From Octopus sinensis (Eukaryota), in contig NC_043010.1 in the NCBI RefSeq assembly GCF_006345805.1, positions 17,484,001-17,548,000 of the forward strand: a DNA stretch of 64,000 nucleotides, read 5' to 3'. The notes under the pieces are model-generated. The model saw only the letters and a list, made by a program, of their open reading frames with translations, was not told the DNA's origin and searched no databases. Positions 1-13,593 of the stretch are shown one piece after another. Within the stretch, counting starts at the first letter, position 1; every line of letters begins with the position of its first letter. A program made the translations under genes and the position numbers.

Positions 1-709
1 AGAAATTGATGGAAAATAGCTTTTTTAAAAAAAAGTCCAATTTGCAGCAGTTGAAATAATGGCCTGTAACTCCTGGAAAGATCACTTCAAAGGTGCTGCA
101 TCATTATATATATGTATGTGCATGCATATATATTTTCTCAAACAAAAAAACCACAGCATCATGCCTATGCAATACATGGATAACTTTTTTAATTTAATTT
201 TGTTTCAATTGCATACCCTGAGTTTATTACAACCCAACAGGCTTTCCACAATATCAGTGAATGTATTATTCACTATTTTCTATACATCAGAAGAGACATT
301 TTATTTACGCAATGTGTCAAATGGATACTTATCGTTGACAAGGTCCAAAAAGGCTGAAACGTGTCTTACATTCTCGTGAGTCACTGGCTGAAATAGTGTT
401 CACCTCACTCCCTTGTTTTAACACAACTTGTCTAGAGATTTCCTCTTGGATAAAAACCACAGCATCAGGGGTGTATATATGTTATGTATGAAACACAGAC
501 GGTTACAGAGAGAAAGAAAGATCATTTTTGTCTGTAGTATAGTTTTGTGTTTTAAACCTTGAAACACATGCAAATTTTAAGAATCATTAAAATAGTATTT
601 TTTTTATCCATTTACTTAACGGTTTCATTACATTCCAAAATGATTCTTTTCTTTGAATTACCATTTTCTTCTATATATTTAACGTTTTTTTTTTTTTTTC
701 GTCTTGCAG

Positions 710-849
710 TGATATTGATGATAGCTTCAAAAATACTAAACAGGTCTTTCAGGATCTTAACTTAACAAACTTTATGGTGGAAGATTGTCGTATCGCTCAG
801 TATGTCTGCTCAACTATTTCCACACGAGCTGCCTATTTATCTGCCGCAG
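710..849 (+). CDS. HK: Hexokinase, third-from-last coding exon (upstream exons lie outside the window)
   Basis: Acceptor ttgcag|, donor |gtaagc. 140 nt reading DIDDSFKNTKQVFQDLNLTNFMVEDCRIAQYVCSTISTRAAYLSAA, which matches the hexokinase 'V..RAA.L.AAG' helix. Phase is compatible with the next exon. Confidence 0.93.
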
Positions 850-1000
850 GTAAGCGAAGGTTTCGTGAAATATTTTAACCTTTTTTTATGCAGCTTCTTT
901 GATTGATGTTTTCAGATTAAGTGATTGTGTCTGTCCACAGCAGAGACCATAAGAACTACATCAGGACAATAGATTTGGTAACTGTTCTTGGATATCCATT

Positions 1001-1033
<33 letters not shown>

Positions 1034-1034
1034 T

Positions 1035-1116
<82 letters not shown>

Positions 1117-1120
<4 letters not shown>

Positions 1121-1433
1121 GAAGGTTTGAAAATGCAATTTTAAAGATGTTTATTTACTTGACCAGTTTCACTTTTTTTAGAAAAAGATTGTCAAAAGTA
1201 AAATGTAAATCTTTGTTGTTATAAGTACTGGTTGTCACAAAGGTATTAAAATACATATATACATTCTTTGATAATAATAAGAAAATGTTAAAAACAGTTT
1301 ACAAGGAAATATCTTGAGAAAATATTAAACAGAAATTTCTGTTACATTTTACTTCTGACAATCTTTTTCTAAAAAAAGTGAAACGTGTTAAGTGAATGAA
1401 CATCTTTAAAATTGCATTTTCAAACCTTCTTTC
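1117..1433. mobile_element. MITE-like inverted repeat (92-nt arms) embedded in (TA)n
   Basis: 1117-1208 is a near reverse complement of 1342-1433, with TA runs on both sides. Confidence 0.75.
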
Positions 1434-1639
1434 ATATATATATATATAAATAAATACATAAATACATACATATATTTCCAGCAGTTTTATTTTCAGGCGG
1501 GACTTTTCACTGCTTTCAATTTGTTTGTTTAGGCGATTTGAAACTTTTGTACGCCATCTCATAAAAATTTTTCACTCTCTGGGGATTTTGTTCTTGTGTA
1601 CAGTGGCCTTTCTCTCTGGGATACATACATATACATATA

Positions 1640-1711
<72 letters not shown>

Positions 1712-2313
1712 CATACACACACACACACACACATATGTGTGTGTACGTGTATGTATATATACGTATATACACATATATGGTGGATTCTACTGTCTTAGAC
1801 AAAAGGTGAGGATTCTGCTACTTCTTGCAGAACAACCTGCACAAATGGTTTGTTGATGCAATGTCGTGCTGTGCATTAGCTCAATCCCTCCATCAAATCG
1901 GCGTTACCTGTACAGGTGCACAATGAGTAATTAAGCTTGGTCTATCTTGCCGCTCTATATACACTTAATAACACAGCATCATTTCCAACGGACCTTTCAT
2001 AGAACAAGGTTTTAATATGAGCAAGTGTTTCCCTCCTTTCATATTTGCTGATGTCTAGGGACCACCTAAGATGGTCCCTGAAATCTTTTGCTCAACTCAT
2101 GCTACAGATACATATAGATGTAAATATATATAAATATGTTTATTGTTTATTTAATTTAGTAAAGCAGTGTGTAGTCTTAAGAGGTACGATATAAGAAATA
2201 TGTAGTGAAGCCTCAATAAAGTCTGTACCAATTGAAGAGGGACAGATCCTGGCTGTAATACGTACGTTTCAACCAGAATCTAATACTTTAGCCAAAGATA
2301 TGACAGGTTGTAC

Positions 2314-2668
2314 ACTTGTTTCAGTCATTTGACTGTGGCCATGCTGGAGCACCACCTTTAGTCGAGGAAATCGACCCCCCAGGACTTATTCTTTGTAAGC
2401 GTAGTACTTATTCTATCGGTCTCTTTTGCCGAACCGCTAAGATACGGGGACATAAACACACCAGCATCGGCTGTCAAGTGATGTTGGGGGGACAAACATA
2501 TACACATAATATATATACATATATACAACTGGCTTCTTTCAGTTTCCGTCTACCAAATCCACTCACAAGGCTTTGGTCGGCACTTGCCCAAGGTGCCATG
2601 CAGTGGGACTGAACCCAGAACCATGTGGTTGGTAAGCAAGCTGCTTACCACACAGCCACTCCTGCGCC
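2314..2668 (-). mobile_element. tRNA-derived SINE family A (head GGCGCAGGAGTGGCTGTGTGG); other copies at 11227-11622 (+), 32283-32480 (-), 33330-33503 (-), 36725-37078 (-), 38721-38880 (+)
   Basis: Dispersed near-identical copies with A/B-box-like head and an internal TA/TG microsatellite. Confidence 0.85.
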
Positions 2669-2786
2669 TATATGTAATATTGACTGATGAAGTTGTCTTG
2701 TAATTGTATTGCGGTTGAGAGCAATGGAAAGTCTTGTCAGGTCAACGTTTCTCTTTTACTTCAATGTGTTGTTGTTGTTGTTTCAG

Positions 2787-2920
2787 GTACTGCTGCTTTG
2801 ATTCACAAGATGGGTCGATCTGAAGTCACTGTTGCTGTAGATGGCTCTCTCTACAGATTCCATCCTCATTTTCATGACTTAATGGTAGAAAAAATTAAAG
2901 CACTTTGTCCCCTTACTAGA
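2787..2920 (+). CDS. HK: Hexokinase, penultimate coding exon
   Basis: tttcag| ... |gtaagt, 134 nt. GTAALIHKMGRSEVTVAVDGSLYRFHPHF contains the conserved VAVDGSLY..HP.F motif. Confidence 0.96.
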
Positions 2921-3392
2921 GTAAGTAGATTTCTAAGTTCATTTAACTGAAATTTTTCTGTCAACCCACCTGAAACCGCTCCTGGTTCTGTGATACCAAT
3001 TCTGTTTTAAACATCAGCTTCATATCAGTTATTTTACAAAATTTTTATTTAAAAAGTTAAACAAAACAAAGGCAGTGGATTTAACTTTGAATGTTGTAAT
3101 GAAAGGCTTGGCCATTCAGCATTTAAACTGGTCATATCCAATCCAAATATTCTAACCATTTTATGTTCAAACTGGCCGGATCTGATCCTTCACACCTACC
3201 CTGCAATATCATTCTAAAAATAATCGCATCATTGAAATCTTGAAGCTATAAAATAATGCATAATTAATTTTTTAAAAAAACGAAACAATTTGAATAAATA
3301 AGCAAACCTTTTGACAGAATAATCCGGATGCAAAGATGTCTTTTGGAATTGGGTTTTAGTTATTTCTAGTGTTCTTCTCTTTCATTTTCCAG

Positions 3393-3512
3393 TTTCGTCT
3401 GATGCTGTCCCATGATGGAAGCGGAAAAGGTGCAGCAATCGTTGCAAGTTGTGCTACACAAGAAGGCCAGAATCAAAACAACAATTCTGCATTAAGGGCG
3501 GAAGTTCATTGA
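3393..3512 (+). CDS. HK: Hexokinase, last coding exon
   Basis: ttccag|, 120 nt: FRLMLSHDGSGKGAAIVASCATQEGQNQNNNSALRAEVH*. Contains the C-terminal DGSGKGAA motif. Confidence 0.96.
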   Translation, partial: FRLMLSHDGSGKGAAIVASCATQEGQNQNNNSALRAEVH

Positions 3513-6500
3513 GAATAATAGTTAATTAGAAATCTATGTCCATGTATGTTTTGGTGTGTGTGTGTGTGTGTGTGTGTACATACATATATAGGTCTCTCTC
3601 TCTCTCTCTCTCTCCTTTTATATATGTATGTATATATATATATATATTTGTAGATAGATGTATTTGTGTATATATTTAGCTCTTTGTGTGTGCATGAATA
3701 TATATATGAACGTATATTACACACATATAATCACTCATATATGCACACATACATCTACGCATTCATGCCAATATTCTCTTTCACACACACACCCACATAC
3801 ACACAAAGAGGTCCATATATATATTCATATATATATATATGGTTGAAATAATGTGTGAGAATTTTTAAAAGAAATAGTTTTCAATTCCAAAGAGAAAATG
3901 TTAATGAATTTTTTTTTTTTTCTTAAGGAAACAAAAAAAAAAAAGAAAAGAGATTTGTCAGATTCTGATGTTGCTTCTCTCAAAGACTTCTCTAGTTGCA
4001 CCTTACTCGTTGCTACGTATAATAGCTACTTTCAAACTCTGCTTCTGGACTGCCACCCTCAACTTGTTAACTCACTATCACAAAACTCAAAAGCATCTGT
4101 GTGTGTGTGTATTTTTATATATATATACATAGGTGATGGTATGTATGTGAGTGTGGAATACGTGTGCGTGTGTGTGTGTATTTCTATACACACGTGTATA
4201 TATATATATATATATATTGTGAATGTATGAGTGTCTCTGTAAATGTAACGATATATGTAAATATATATATATAAATACATACACAGACACACATCTGGTG
4301 AAAGAGCAAGTAAGGGGGAGATAATCGGTAAATGTTCAGAAAATATGAATAACCATTAAAATTAGTCAAAATAATTAATCTTCATTTCCATCTTAATCTT
4401 GATTTGGGGGGGGGTCGGGTAGAGGGAGTGATATGTATGTTTTATTTATTATTATTCTTATTGTTTTTAAACCTTTTCTATGCATAATTTATTTGACATT
4501 CTTTCAGAAACGGTATTTCTTCTCGAGTGTATTCCCTGGTTCATTTCTTAGGTGTTACTACGGAAGAGCTTTTACGTTTAGTAAAGTTTTAGAATAATAT
4601 ATCCATGTCTGCTAAAATCTTCTTACATTTTTATGAGACATAGTTGATCAGCAGCGCTGGTTTCTTTCATTAAAGCAAAAAGTATTTAGAATCTCTACCA
4701 AATTGAGAAAAAGAAAATAAATTATTCTAATTTTTTTTCTTTCTTATTTTAAAAGCATTTAAAAAGATTTTGGTTCATCTGTACAAATATCTGATAAGCA
4801 ATGTCGTTTTCATTCTATCAAGAGTTACAAAATCTCTTTCAGTTTTGGTATCTTTCTATTTAAGGCAGTGATGAGCTTTTAGAATTGTTAGAATGGTAGA
4901 CAAAATGCCAAGCAATATTTCTTCTGGCTCTGTGTTCTGGTTTCAAATCTCGCCAAGGTCAACTTTGTCTTTCATCTTTTGGGGGGGTTGATAAAATAAG
5001 GTACCAGTTGAATACTGGACTCAATGGCACTGACTAACCGACTTCCTTTAAATTTGTTGGCCTTGTACCTAAATTAGAACCCATTATCTCTCCATTTCGT
5101 CATCTTAATTGATACATTGCCATGATACCATTCTTAGACATTCTGCCACTTCAACAGCAAGGTTTCCCTTGTCTAATTAGTTATATTTATAAAATAAGGA
5201 TTGGAAACCTTAATTATTTCATCTAAAATTGATACTTCATAATTCATATTGAATATCACAGATGACTTACCAATATATATTGCAATATTTAAAACAAAAA
5301 AAAAGATTTTCAAATATAAACTTTCAGAACAAATCAGGAAATTGTTGACAGTTGAGCTTTAAAAAAGTGAATCTGACGCTTGTTTCTGTTGGATCTCATT
5401 TAGTAACAAAACAGCAATCATTTATTTATTTTTTTTTTTTCCACCTTGAAAAGTTCCTTTTTATTTGTAAATAGTTCTTAGAACGTTTGTCCCTCTTTGA
5501 TGACTTAGGAAACATTAGAAATATCAGTCCAAAAACTTTAACATTGGCAGTAATTTCAAACACTTTGGCTTAGTCATCCAAATGTTCATATAATTAGGTA
5601 TTGTCTATTTGGAGTTTTTTTTTTTTTTCTACCCCCTTCTCACCAGAATTAGATTATTAAGTAGGTTAACGAATCTGTGCTTTGGAGGAGAGAATGGCTG
5701 CATTTCTTGTAATAAATATGATGATGATGATATTTATAAAACTACCTTCAGAATCCATACTGTGATATCATCTTACCTGTCGATAAACATTTAAATCAAT
5801 GCGTATAAAATGTTTTGTGATTTATTTTGTGTGTGTGTGTTTAGTTTAATATTTGATGGCTTAAAAGCTATTTAGAATAACTTTTAATTAATTATTCATC
5901 ACTTGCACAAAAAGAAGTAAAAATTCAACTTAGACTTCAGTTGGTGGAGAAATAAATATAAAAATAGTTTCTTTTTCAAGAAGCAAATACCATTATTGTC
6001 TCTCATCTTAAATATTTTGGCAGAAATACTTTTTCCTAAATTTATTTAATAAAAGCTATATTTACATTTTTTTTTTTTTTTCAATTTATTGGTATTAGAT
6101 GTTAATTAAATAATACTTTTTTTATCAGGATATTTATCTAGTCTTCACAGTTCAGAAAGAAAGATTATTTCACAAAACAATGCAAATATATATTTTGAAC
6201 AATCAGCAAAACAGAACTTAGTAATGTCTCTTTTTAAAGATATCAGTTAAAAATACCATAATTATGTTAGAAACAATGGTTTTATTACATTAAGGCTGTT
6301 CTAAAACATCCCTTAATTATCATATTAATCATCAGTGCCCTTAGTTAACAAGGAAAATAAAGTGGGTTTTTATTAGATTTTATTCAGATCACCACACACA
6401 CACACACACACACACATTCTATTTTTAGCTTGTCAATGAAGTTGTTGGTAATAAAAAAAGGCTTCTTTCTTCATCTCTCTCTCTCTCTCCTATTGTGGGC

Positions 6501-7353
6501 CAAAAATGGGGTTGTTTGTTATTAATAATTTTAAGTATCTTTCAAAGATGAAAAAGAAAAAGCTATTGTTTATTCTGTTTTGTTATGAATATGTTTTTTT
6601 TTTCTTTTTTTTTTTTCCTTTTTGAATCAAATTTTATTTTTTCCAATGTTAGACTATATTACTCTTAAATGATTCTGTACAACATTGCTTAACAAATTAT
6701 TATGGAGAAATAAAAGAATTAAAAACATTTTTAATGTTTATGTTTTTCCTTGAAATTTAAGTGAATTTTAAAATAGTTATTTCTGCTCTTAAAATAGGAC
6801 ATGACATAAACAAACCACAGAACACTACGACTGATTTCAATGCGTGAGAAATATTTAGTGAAAACCTCCTGAGACAGATACACATTTAAATGCAACACAA
6901 GGGGAAACAAGACAAATTCAAATAATTCCAAAGTGACACAAGTTTACAATTTGTCCTCATTGGGTCTTTGTTTTAATTAGTTTAGTCTAATAAGTTATCC
7001 CATGTATTTAACATTAAAACAAACCTTGCTTTTCCTTCCATCATAACCTTTTTTTTTTTTTTTTAAATCCTAATCTTTGGTTTTCTACAATGGTCTAGTT
7101 TAAACTGGTTTGCAACAGAGTAATATATATATCCATGCCCCTCAATTTTGGTCCTTTCTTTCAGATAAAGAATTCTTTAATTCTTCAATGAGAACTACAA
7201 TTTGTCTTCAACTCCCTACATTCTACAAAACTACAATAAACAGGAAATAGCTTAAAACCATAGACATTTAGCTGCATGCTAAATGTCTATGAATTAGATT
7301 ATTAAGTAGGTTAACGAATCTGTGCTTTGGAGGAGAGAATGGCTGCATCTCTT

Positions 7354-7991
7354 GAGCCACTCTCTGGCTATCTATCTGCGGCTATATATAGGTATGGTAT
7401 GACCTCACCTGGAATTTGCATCACCTGTCTGGAACCCCTATCTTGCCCAGGATATTAATCGTCTGGAAGCCGTTCAGCGACGTGCAACCAAAAGAACACC
7501 CTCCATCAGGCATTTGCCATATTCTGAACGCCTTACTTCCCTGGGCATGGACACATTGAAACTCCGACGTCTGGCAGCTGACTTGGCAGACACCCATAAA
7601 ATTATTAACCATCTTACAAACAATAACTCTGAGCACCTTTTCAAACTCCATCTGTTTAACACCCGTGGACATATTTACAAAGTCAGAAAACAGCACAGCT
7701 CCCATGACTTTTGAAAACATTTTTTCATGCTGAGAGTTGCTGAAGCATGGAACAAACTGCCAGCATCAGTTGTTAGTTGTCGGAGCACTGCATCCTTCAA
7801 AACTTCCGTGCTTCCTGAGATTCGCCAACACTACACCTGATCTTCTCCCCTCCATACACATGCAAGCATGTATCTGACTCATACACTGTGCACTTCCCAG
7901 ACATTTGTACATTACTGCATACACTTTATACACACTTTCTGACAAGTTGTGGTGCACCTGAGCACTGTATATAATAATTTCATTATTATTT
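7354..7991 (+). mobile_element. 5'-truncated copy of the same CR1 LINE
   Basis: Closely matches 45970-46616, including the 3' UTR and ATT tail, with scattered substitutions and a premature stop. Confidence 0.95.
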
Positions 7992-8843
7992 TATAAATAT
8001 GATGATATTTATAAAACTATCTTCAGAATCCATACTGTGATATCTTACCTGTCGATAAACATTTAAATCAATGCATATAAAATGTTTTGTGATTTATTTT
8101 GTGTGTGTGTTTAGTTTAATATTTGATGGCTTAAAAGCTATTTAGAATAACTTTTAATTAATTATTCATCACTTGCACAAAAGGTGGCAAACTGGCAGAA
8201 TTGTTAATATGCCAGACAGAATGCTTCATGGCATTTCAGCCATCTTTGTCTTAGGTTCAAATTCTGCTGAGGTTAGCTTTGCCTTTCATCCTTTTGGGGT
8301 CAATAAAATAAGGACACAAAAAAAAGTTTCAGGCCTTGTGCCTATTGTAGACAGGATTACAGAGCTGGTCTCAGGCAGGTTGGGACATCAAAAGCGTCGC
8401 TTTGCCCCTCATCCCTCTGTACACCCCACACTTCTAATCCTTGCGATGGAGAACAGAGGCAAACCTCTGACTCTTATTCACCAACTTCTCTGCTCTCCCC
8501 ATTTTCTCGACTCATGACTCTGACTACTGTACCATTCTACCAGCAAGTTGAGAGTCAAGGACTCTTGACAAGTATAGATAACAACAAAGATTGTATTTAT
8601 CAAAAATTATAAATCTCTTATTGATTTTTTTTTATTATTGTCTTCATCCAGCAATTGATTTAAAAAAATGTTATGTAGACATGATAAATCTTATGTAAAA
8701 ATATGAAACAAATTTAGTTGAATTGTTAAATTTTGTCCATGTTGAAATTGTGGAATCAACAAAGAATTAAGTGTAATTTGCTTTTAAATGACTTCTTCAT
8801 TACAGAACTCTTTAAATTTAAATGGTTTAGGACAATGCCTTTT

Positions 8844-9000
8844 CTATATGTAGCAAGGCCTTGCATTGGCATTCGGAAGAACAATAAAGCCAAATGTTAA
8901 TGGTGGTATGAGGACTGGTAGTCTCTGTGGTTTCGGCTTAAAAGAAGGTAACTGGTTGTTATTTAATAAGTGAAGTGGGATTCCATTTAACTTGACATTC
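8844..9000 (-). CDS. HPSE: Heparanase-like exon 10 (last coding exon)
   Basis: ttttag|, 157 nt. NVKLNGIPL...LPSFKPK...IPPLTFGFIVLPNANARPCYI*. The ten exons sum to 1494 nt (497 aa plus stop), with every phase consistent. Confidence 0.94.
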
Positions 9001-9777
9001 CTAAAAAATAAAATACTGAAAGTTTAGAATCGACACAAGTCAAACCATTGAAAGCATAACTCAACAGAGGCGCTTCTCCAATTTAATTAATTTCCCTCCC
9101 GCTTCATTCATAATATTTACATTAATATAGAATTATAATTAAAAGTTAACTTGCTAGAAATAACAACCAAATCTCTCTTAAATCCGATTCTTCTATATTG
9201 CTGGTAGCAATGTATCTCCTCCACAGCAAAATCTTGTTCTGGCCCCTTTCCTTCATACTCTAAACCTTTCATCACCTTAGTACAAAACTGCATCACTCTC
9301 TATGGTGGCCCCATTCAGTGGAAAGGGATCTTAGACTTCTGAATTACTTGACGTCACTAGTGCCAAGGTTATGAGAAAAAAGGCACCCAGTACCCTTTGT
9401 AAAGTGGTTGGTGTTGGAAAGGGCATCTGGCCATAGAAACCATGTCAAAACAGACAATGGGGCACAATGCAATCCTCTGGCACACTGGACCCAACCCATG
9501 GAAGATGAATGTTGACTGCCTCAATTCATCTATTTCTCAGCTAACAGTATGACCATCCCCATCCCTGCTCTCACTATTACTCACCCACAAGGATTGCATA
9601 CGAAGAGTTTGATTGAGGATCCTTTCCTACTTACCACTTGCCTCTGACCCTATGTCTTCACAGTCTCACCAAATTTATCTTTCATTGGCAAAGATCCTAA
9701 TCAAACAATATTCAATAAACCGTACAGGCCACAACTTTATCACTCTGCAAGAAAAGATTAAATTGTGTAGCACTTAC

Positions 9778-9924
9778 CTTGACTTGAGACCCATTTCATC
9801 TGCAGGTTCCAACAGGTACAAATGAACAATTTGGTTACTGTATTTAGGAAAATCAACGGCAACAGTTTTCTTTGAAAATACATTCAGGAAGTAAACAGTC
9901 ATTGCACCAGGACCATATTTTGTC
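9778..9924 (-). CDS. HPSE: Heparanase-like exon 9
   Basis: ccatag| ... |gtaagt, 147 nt. TKYGPGAMTVYFLN...VHLYLLEPADEMGLKS. Confidence 0.94.
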
Positions 9925-11733
9925 CTATGGAAATAAAACACATATACTGAGGTGGTTTATTTGCGAGTCTTTTTCCAATGTGCATGCAGTGGTGTGGTGG
10001 TTACATTAGAACCACAGTCAGCTGTGGTTCTAATGCAAAAGCAGTTTTTATATTATTAGTGCTGGGGATACGTGAGAAGCCAAGTTGATTCTGGTAAGAT
10101 TTGAACTCGATACATAAAGGAACCAAGCTAAATCCTAAACAGTATTCAGCCTGGGTACTCTATCCAAAATAGTTTCATTGTTATAACATGTTAATATTTT
10201 GACTTTGATTCAAAAGCTTGGCATTTTAGGCAGAAATCATTCTCTATGGCATTGCATCAAACCATATCTCATGAGTGAAATTGCAAAGATGGGAACTATA
10301 AAGAAGCCCACCATGTAGATTGTACCTGGAATTCAAAAGGGTACAACCTTGTCACACTGTGTCAAGCTGAATCTGGCAGAGGATTACATTAGTGCTTAAA
10401 CCAGTCATATCAGGACCAAATGTTCAACATGTTTTACAGGCTAATATATTTTATGTAAGTTTAAATCACAGACTCCTCAGGATATCTTGGATTTCTGCAG
10501 TTGAATAGGTCTTTATGTTTATTTAGATTTTAATTATTTCTGTGGGAGGCTTTGGAACATAACACCCACGATAGTCGAGGGATTACTGTAAATACATTAT
10601 ATAATTTATAGATAGGTGAAACCTGTCCTATTGTGGCCCCTTCTTATACTTTAACCTTTCATCCTGTAGCACTAAGCTGCCCTCCTCTCTACTGTAGCCC
10701 CACACAGTTAAAGAGAGTCTTAATCATAAAGTGGTGGGCATTAGGAAGGACATTCGTTGATAGAAACCAGGCCAAAGCAGACACTGGAGCACACTGCAGT
10801 CTTCAGACCCCTCAGATCATGTCAGACTGTCCAACCCATGCCAGCATGAAAGATGGACATTAAAACACGACAAGATTGTTTTCTTTAGTTTATAAGTCAG
10901 TAAAAGAGGGGCAGCACTTATAATAATTTCGGAGCCTCCCACACTGGTGAGACTGAGGTGACCAATATGCAGCCTGAATATCTCCAATTCATTGTCTGCA
11001 GGGGACCAGTGGGGTTCTGGTCAAAATGCTTCTAACAAATATTGGCTTTTAATAAAGTTTTACTATGAGGTGAAGACATTTCTTCTCAAAGACATCTTCA
11101 CTCTTTTAAATGGATTCTTATGTTTCTTCATTTTCTTCTTCTTTCCACAGATCTACATTTCCTTAAATTTATTCAGTTGAGAAAATATAGTCATTTATAT
11201 ATTGTTATTAGTTATATATAGTTATAGGCGCAGGAGCGGCTGTGTGGTTAGTAGCTTGTTTACCAACCACATGGTTCCGGGTTCAGTCCCACTGCATGGC
11301 ACCTTGGGTAAGTGTCTTCTACTATAGCCTCGGACCGACCAAACCTTGTGAGTGGATTTGGTAGACGGAAACTGAAAGAAGCCCGTCGTATATATGTATA
11401 TGTATGTATATATATATATATTTATATGTGTGTGTGTGTGTGTGCATGTGAGTTTGTATGTCTGTGTTTGTCCCCCAACATCGCATGCTGGTGTGTTTAT
11501 GTCCCCGTCACTTAGCAGTACTGGGCTTACAAAGAATAAGTCCTGGGGTCGAGTTGCTCAATTAAAGGCGGTGCTCCAACATGGCCGCAGTCAAATGACT
11601 GAAACAAGTAAAAGAGTAAAAGTTGTTTCTCTGACAGTTTGTGCCGGAGCATGAGAGCTACTGTTGTGACCATCCCGTCTCTATTGTAAGGAAAAAAGGG
11701 TTAAAAACAAAAGATAAAAGAAACTGAGATTAC

Positions 11734-11849
11734 CTTCGTAAGTTGGTACAATGTGTATAAACTCTGATATGGTTTGTAGGATCTAAGGCAACAGTTTCAA
11801 AAACTGGGCCACCAACCAATGTCTTGAACAAGAGACTCAACCAATAATC
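11734..11849 (-). CDS. HPSE: Heparanase-like exon 8
   Basis: tttaag| ... |gtaatc, 116 nt. DYWLSLLFKTLVGGPVF...RVYTHCTN. Confidence 0.96.
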
Positions 11850-12657
11850 CTTAAAAAGAAGAAATATTCAGTCTTTTATGGCCTTAACAATTATGATGAT
11901 GATGATGAATATACCAAACTTTATTATTATTACTATTATTATTTTTTGATTTTGGATTTGGTTTGCAAGATTCTTTATATGAGTTCGTGTGTTGAAGCAT
12001 ATTCTGTTGTGTCTGGGGAGAGTCATTCTCTTTTAGTGCCTTATTATTTAACACACTCACCGGTAAAATTTCCACTTATTTTGTCTTTTTCTTTTCCTAA
12101 AATTTTCGTTGCGTCTTGCAACCTTTTCAATAGTCTTGACTCTGAGTTCAAATTCCGCCAAAGTCGACTTTGCCTTTCATCCTTTCGGGGTCGATAAATT
12201 AAGTACCAGTTACACACTGGGGTCGATGTAATCGACTTAATCCCTTTGTCTGTCCTTGTTTGTCCCCTCTGTGTGTAGCCCCTTGTGGGCAGTAAAGAAA
12301 TAAGAAATAATAAAGGGATGACATTGTAGGAATCAGATGTCCAAATTCCTCACTGGTCACAATCCACTTCAACCCTACTCTTTCATTTGGGTCCAAATTA
12401 TTTCTCTATCATCTTGAAGGACTTTTGAGTGGCTTCTTTCAATGTCTTGGTTTTTATTTTTTTACACAGGTCCATCAGTTGACTTGTAAGGCTCAAATTG
12501 TCTGAAAAGAATGATGCAGACAAAAGTCAAACAGCCGTAACAACTGCTAGATATGTTTTAAATACAATGAAGGCAATATGTGGCCAAGTGGTCAAAGTGT
12601 CCAGATTAAGGTCATGAATTTGATACCTAGCAGTGCCTTTTGTCCTTGAGTAAGGTA

Positions 12658-13262
12658 CTCTATTTCCTATTTCTTTACTACCCACAAGGGGCTACACACA
12701 GAGGGGACAAACAAGGACAGACAAACAGATTAAGTCGATTATATCGACCCCAGTGCGTAACTGGTACTTATTTAATCGACCCCGAAAGGATGAAAGGCAA
12801 AGTTGACCTTGGCAGAATTTGACTCAGAATGTAGCACTAGACGAAATACCTATTTCTTTCCTACCCACAAGGGGCTAAACACAGAGAGAACAAACAAGGA
12901 CAGACGAACAGATTAAGTCAATTACATCGACCCCAGTGCGTAACTGGTACTTATTTAATCGACCCCGAAAGGATGAAAGGCAAAGTCGACCTCGGCAGAA
13001 TTTGAACTCAGAACATAGCGGCAGACGAAATACCTATTTCTTTATTACCCACAAGGGGCTAAACACAGAGGGGACAAACAAGGACAGACATAGGTATTAA
13101 GTCGATTACATCGACCCCAGTGCGTAACTGGTACTTAATTTATCGACCCCGAAAGGATGAAAGGCAAAGTCGACCTCGGCGGAATTTGAACTCACAACGT
13201 AACGCAGACGAAATACCGCTAAGCATTTCGCCCGGCGCGCTAACGATTCTGCCAGCTCGCCA
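12658..13262 (-). mobile_element. Three tandem copies of SINE family B (head GGCGGCGAGCTGGCAG); other copies at 12140-12305, 21019-21238, 25192-25406, 26405-26582, 47295-47450
   Basis: ~185-230-nt units joined at 'gacgaaatac|ctatttc'. Only the last unit has the head. Confidence 0.88.
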
Positions 13263-13478
13263 CCTGTATTTCCTCTTGCTCCAATCCATTCGACTGGCAG
13301 AAACGAGTTGTGTTCATATTTGGAAGGGTCAGCTTTGTTGCACTCTGTGTCAGTCTGAATCTCCCTGAGAAACACGTTAAGGGTAACACATTTCAGAGGA
13401 GCACTCAGCCACATAAATGTGGTACCCTCATTGTCGTAACCCAGGGGACTGTCAGTTTTAATTCCTTCAATAACTTAC

Positions 13479-13593
13479 TGGGTTTGGGTCCAGATTCTTA
13501 TACTGGATCAGTCCATAGTTTCCACCATAGAAGTCTTGTCTCATCACAATTTCAACTCCGTATTTGGCAGCTAATCCAAGTTTATCCAACCAC
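13479..13593 (-). CDS. HPSE: Heparanase-like exon 7
   Basis: ttgtag| ... |gtaagt, 115 nt. [38 protein letters not shown]. Confidence 0.96.

Noticed and set aside
334-372. Hammerhead-like UUGACAA...GAAAC GU GUC
   Set aside because: Two core mismatches and no stem I pairing.
921-1856. YI/IY/TH-repeat ORFs here and at 3.5-4.4, 17.9-18.5, 35.1-35.9 and 39.0-39.7 kb
   Set aside because: Artefacts of (TA)n, (CA)n and (GA)n microsatellites.
12658-13262. CRISPR-like regular repeats
   Set aside because: The units are ~190-nt SINE copies without unique spacers, in eukaryotic intron context with no cas genes.
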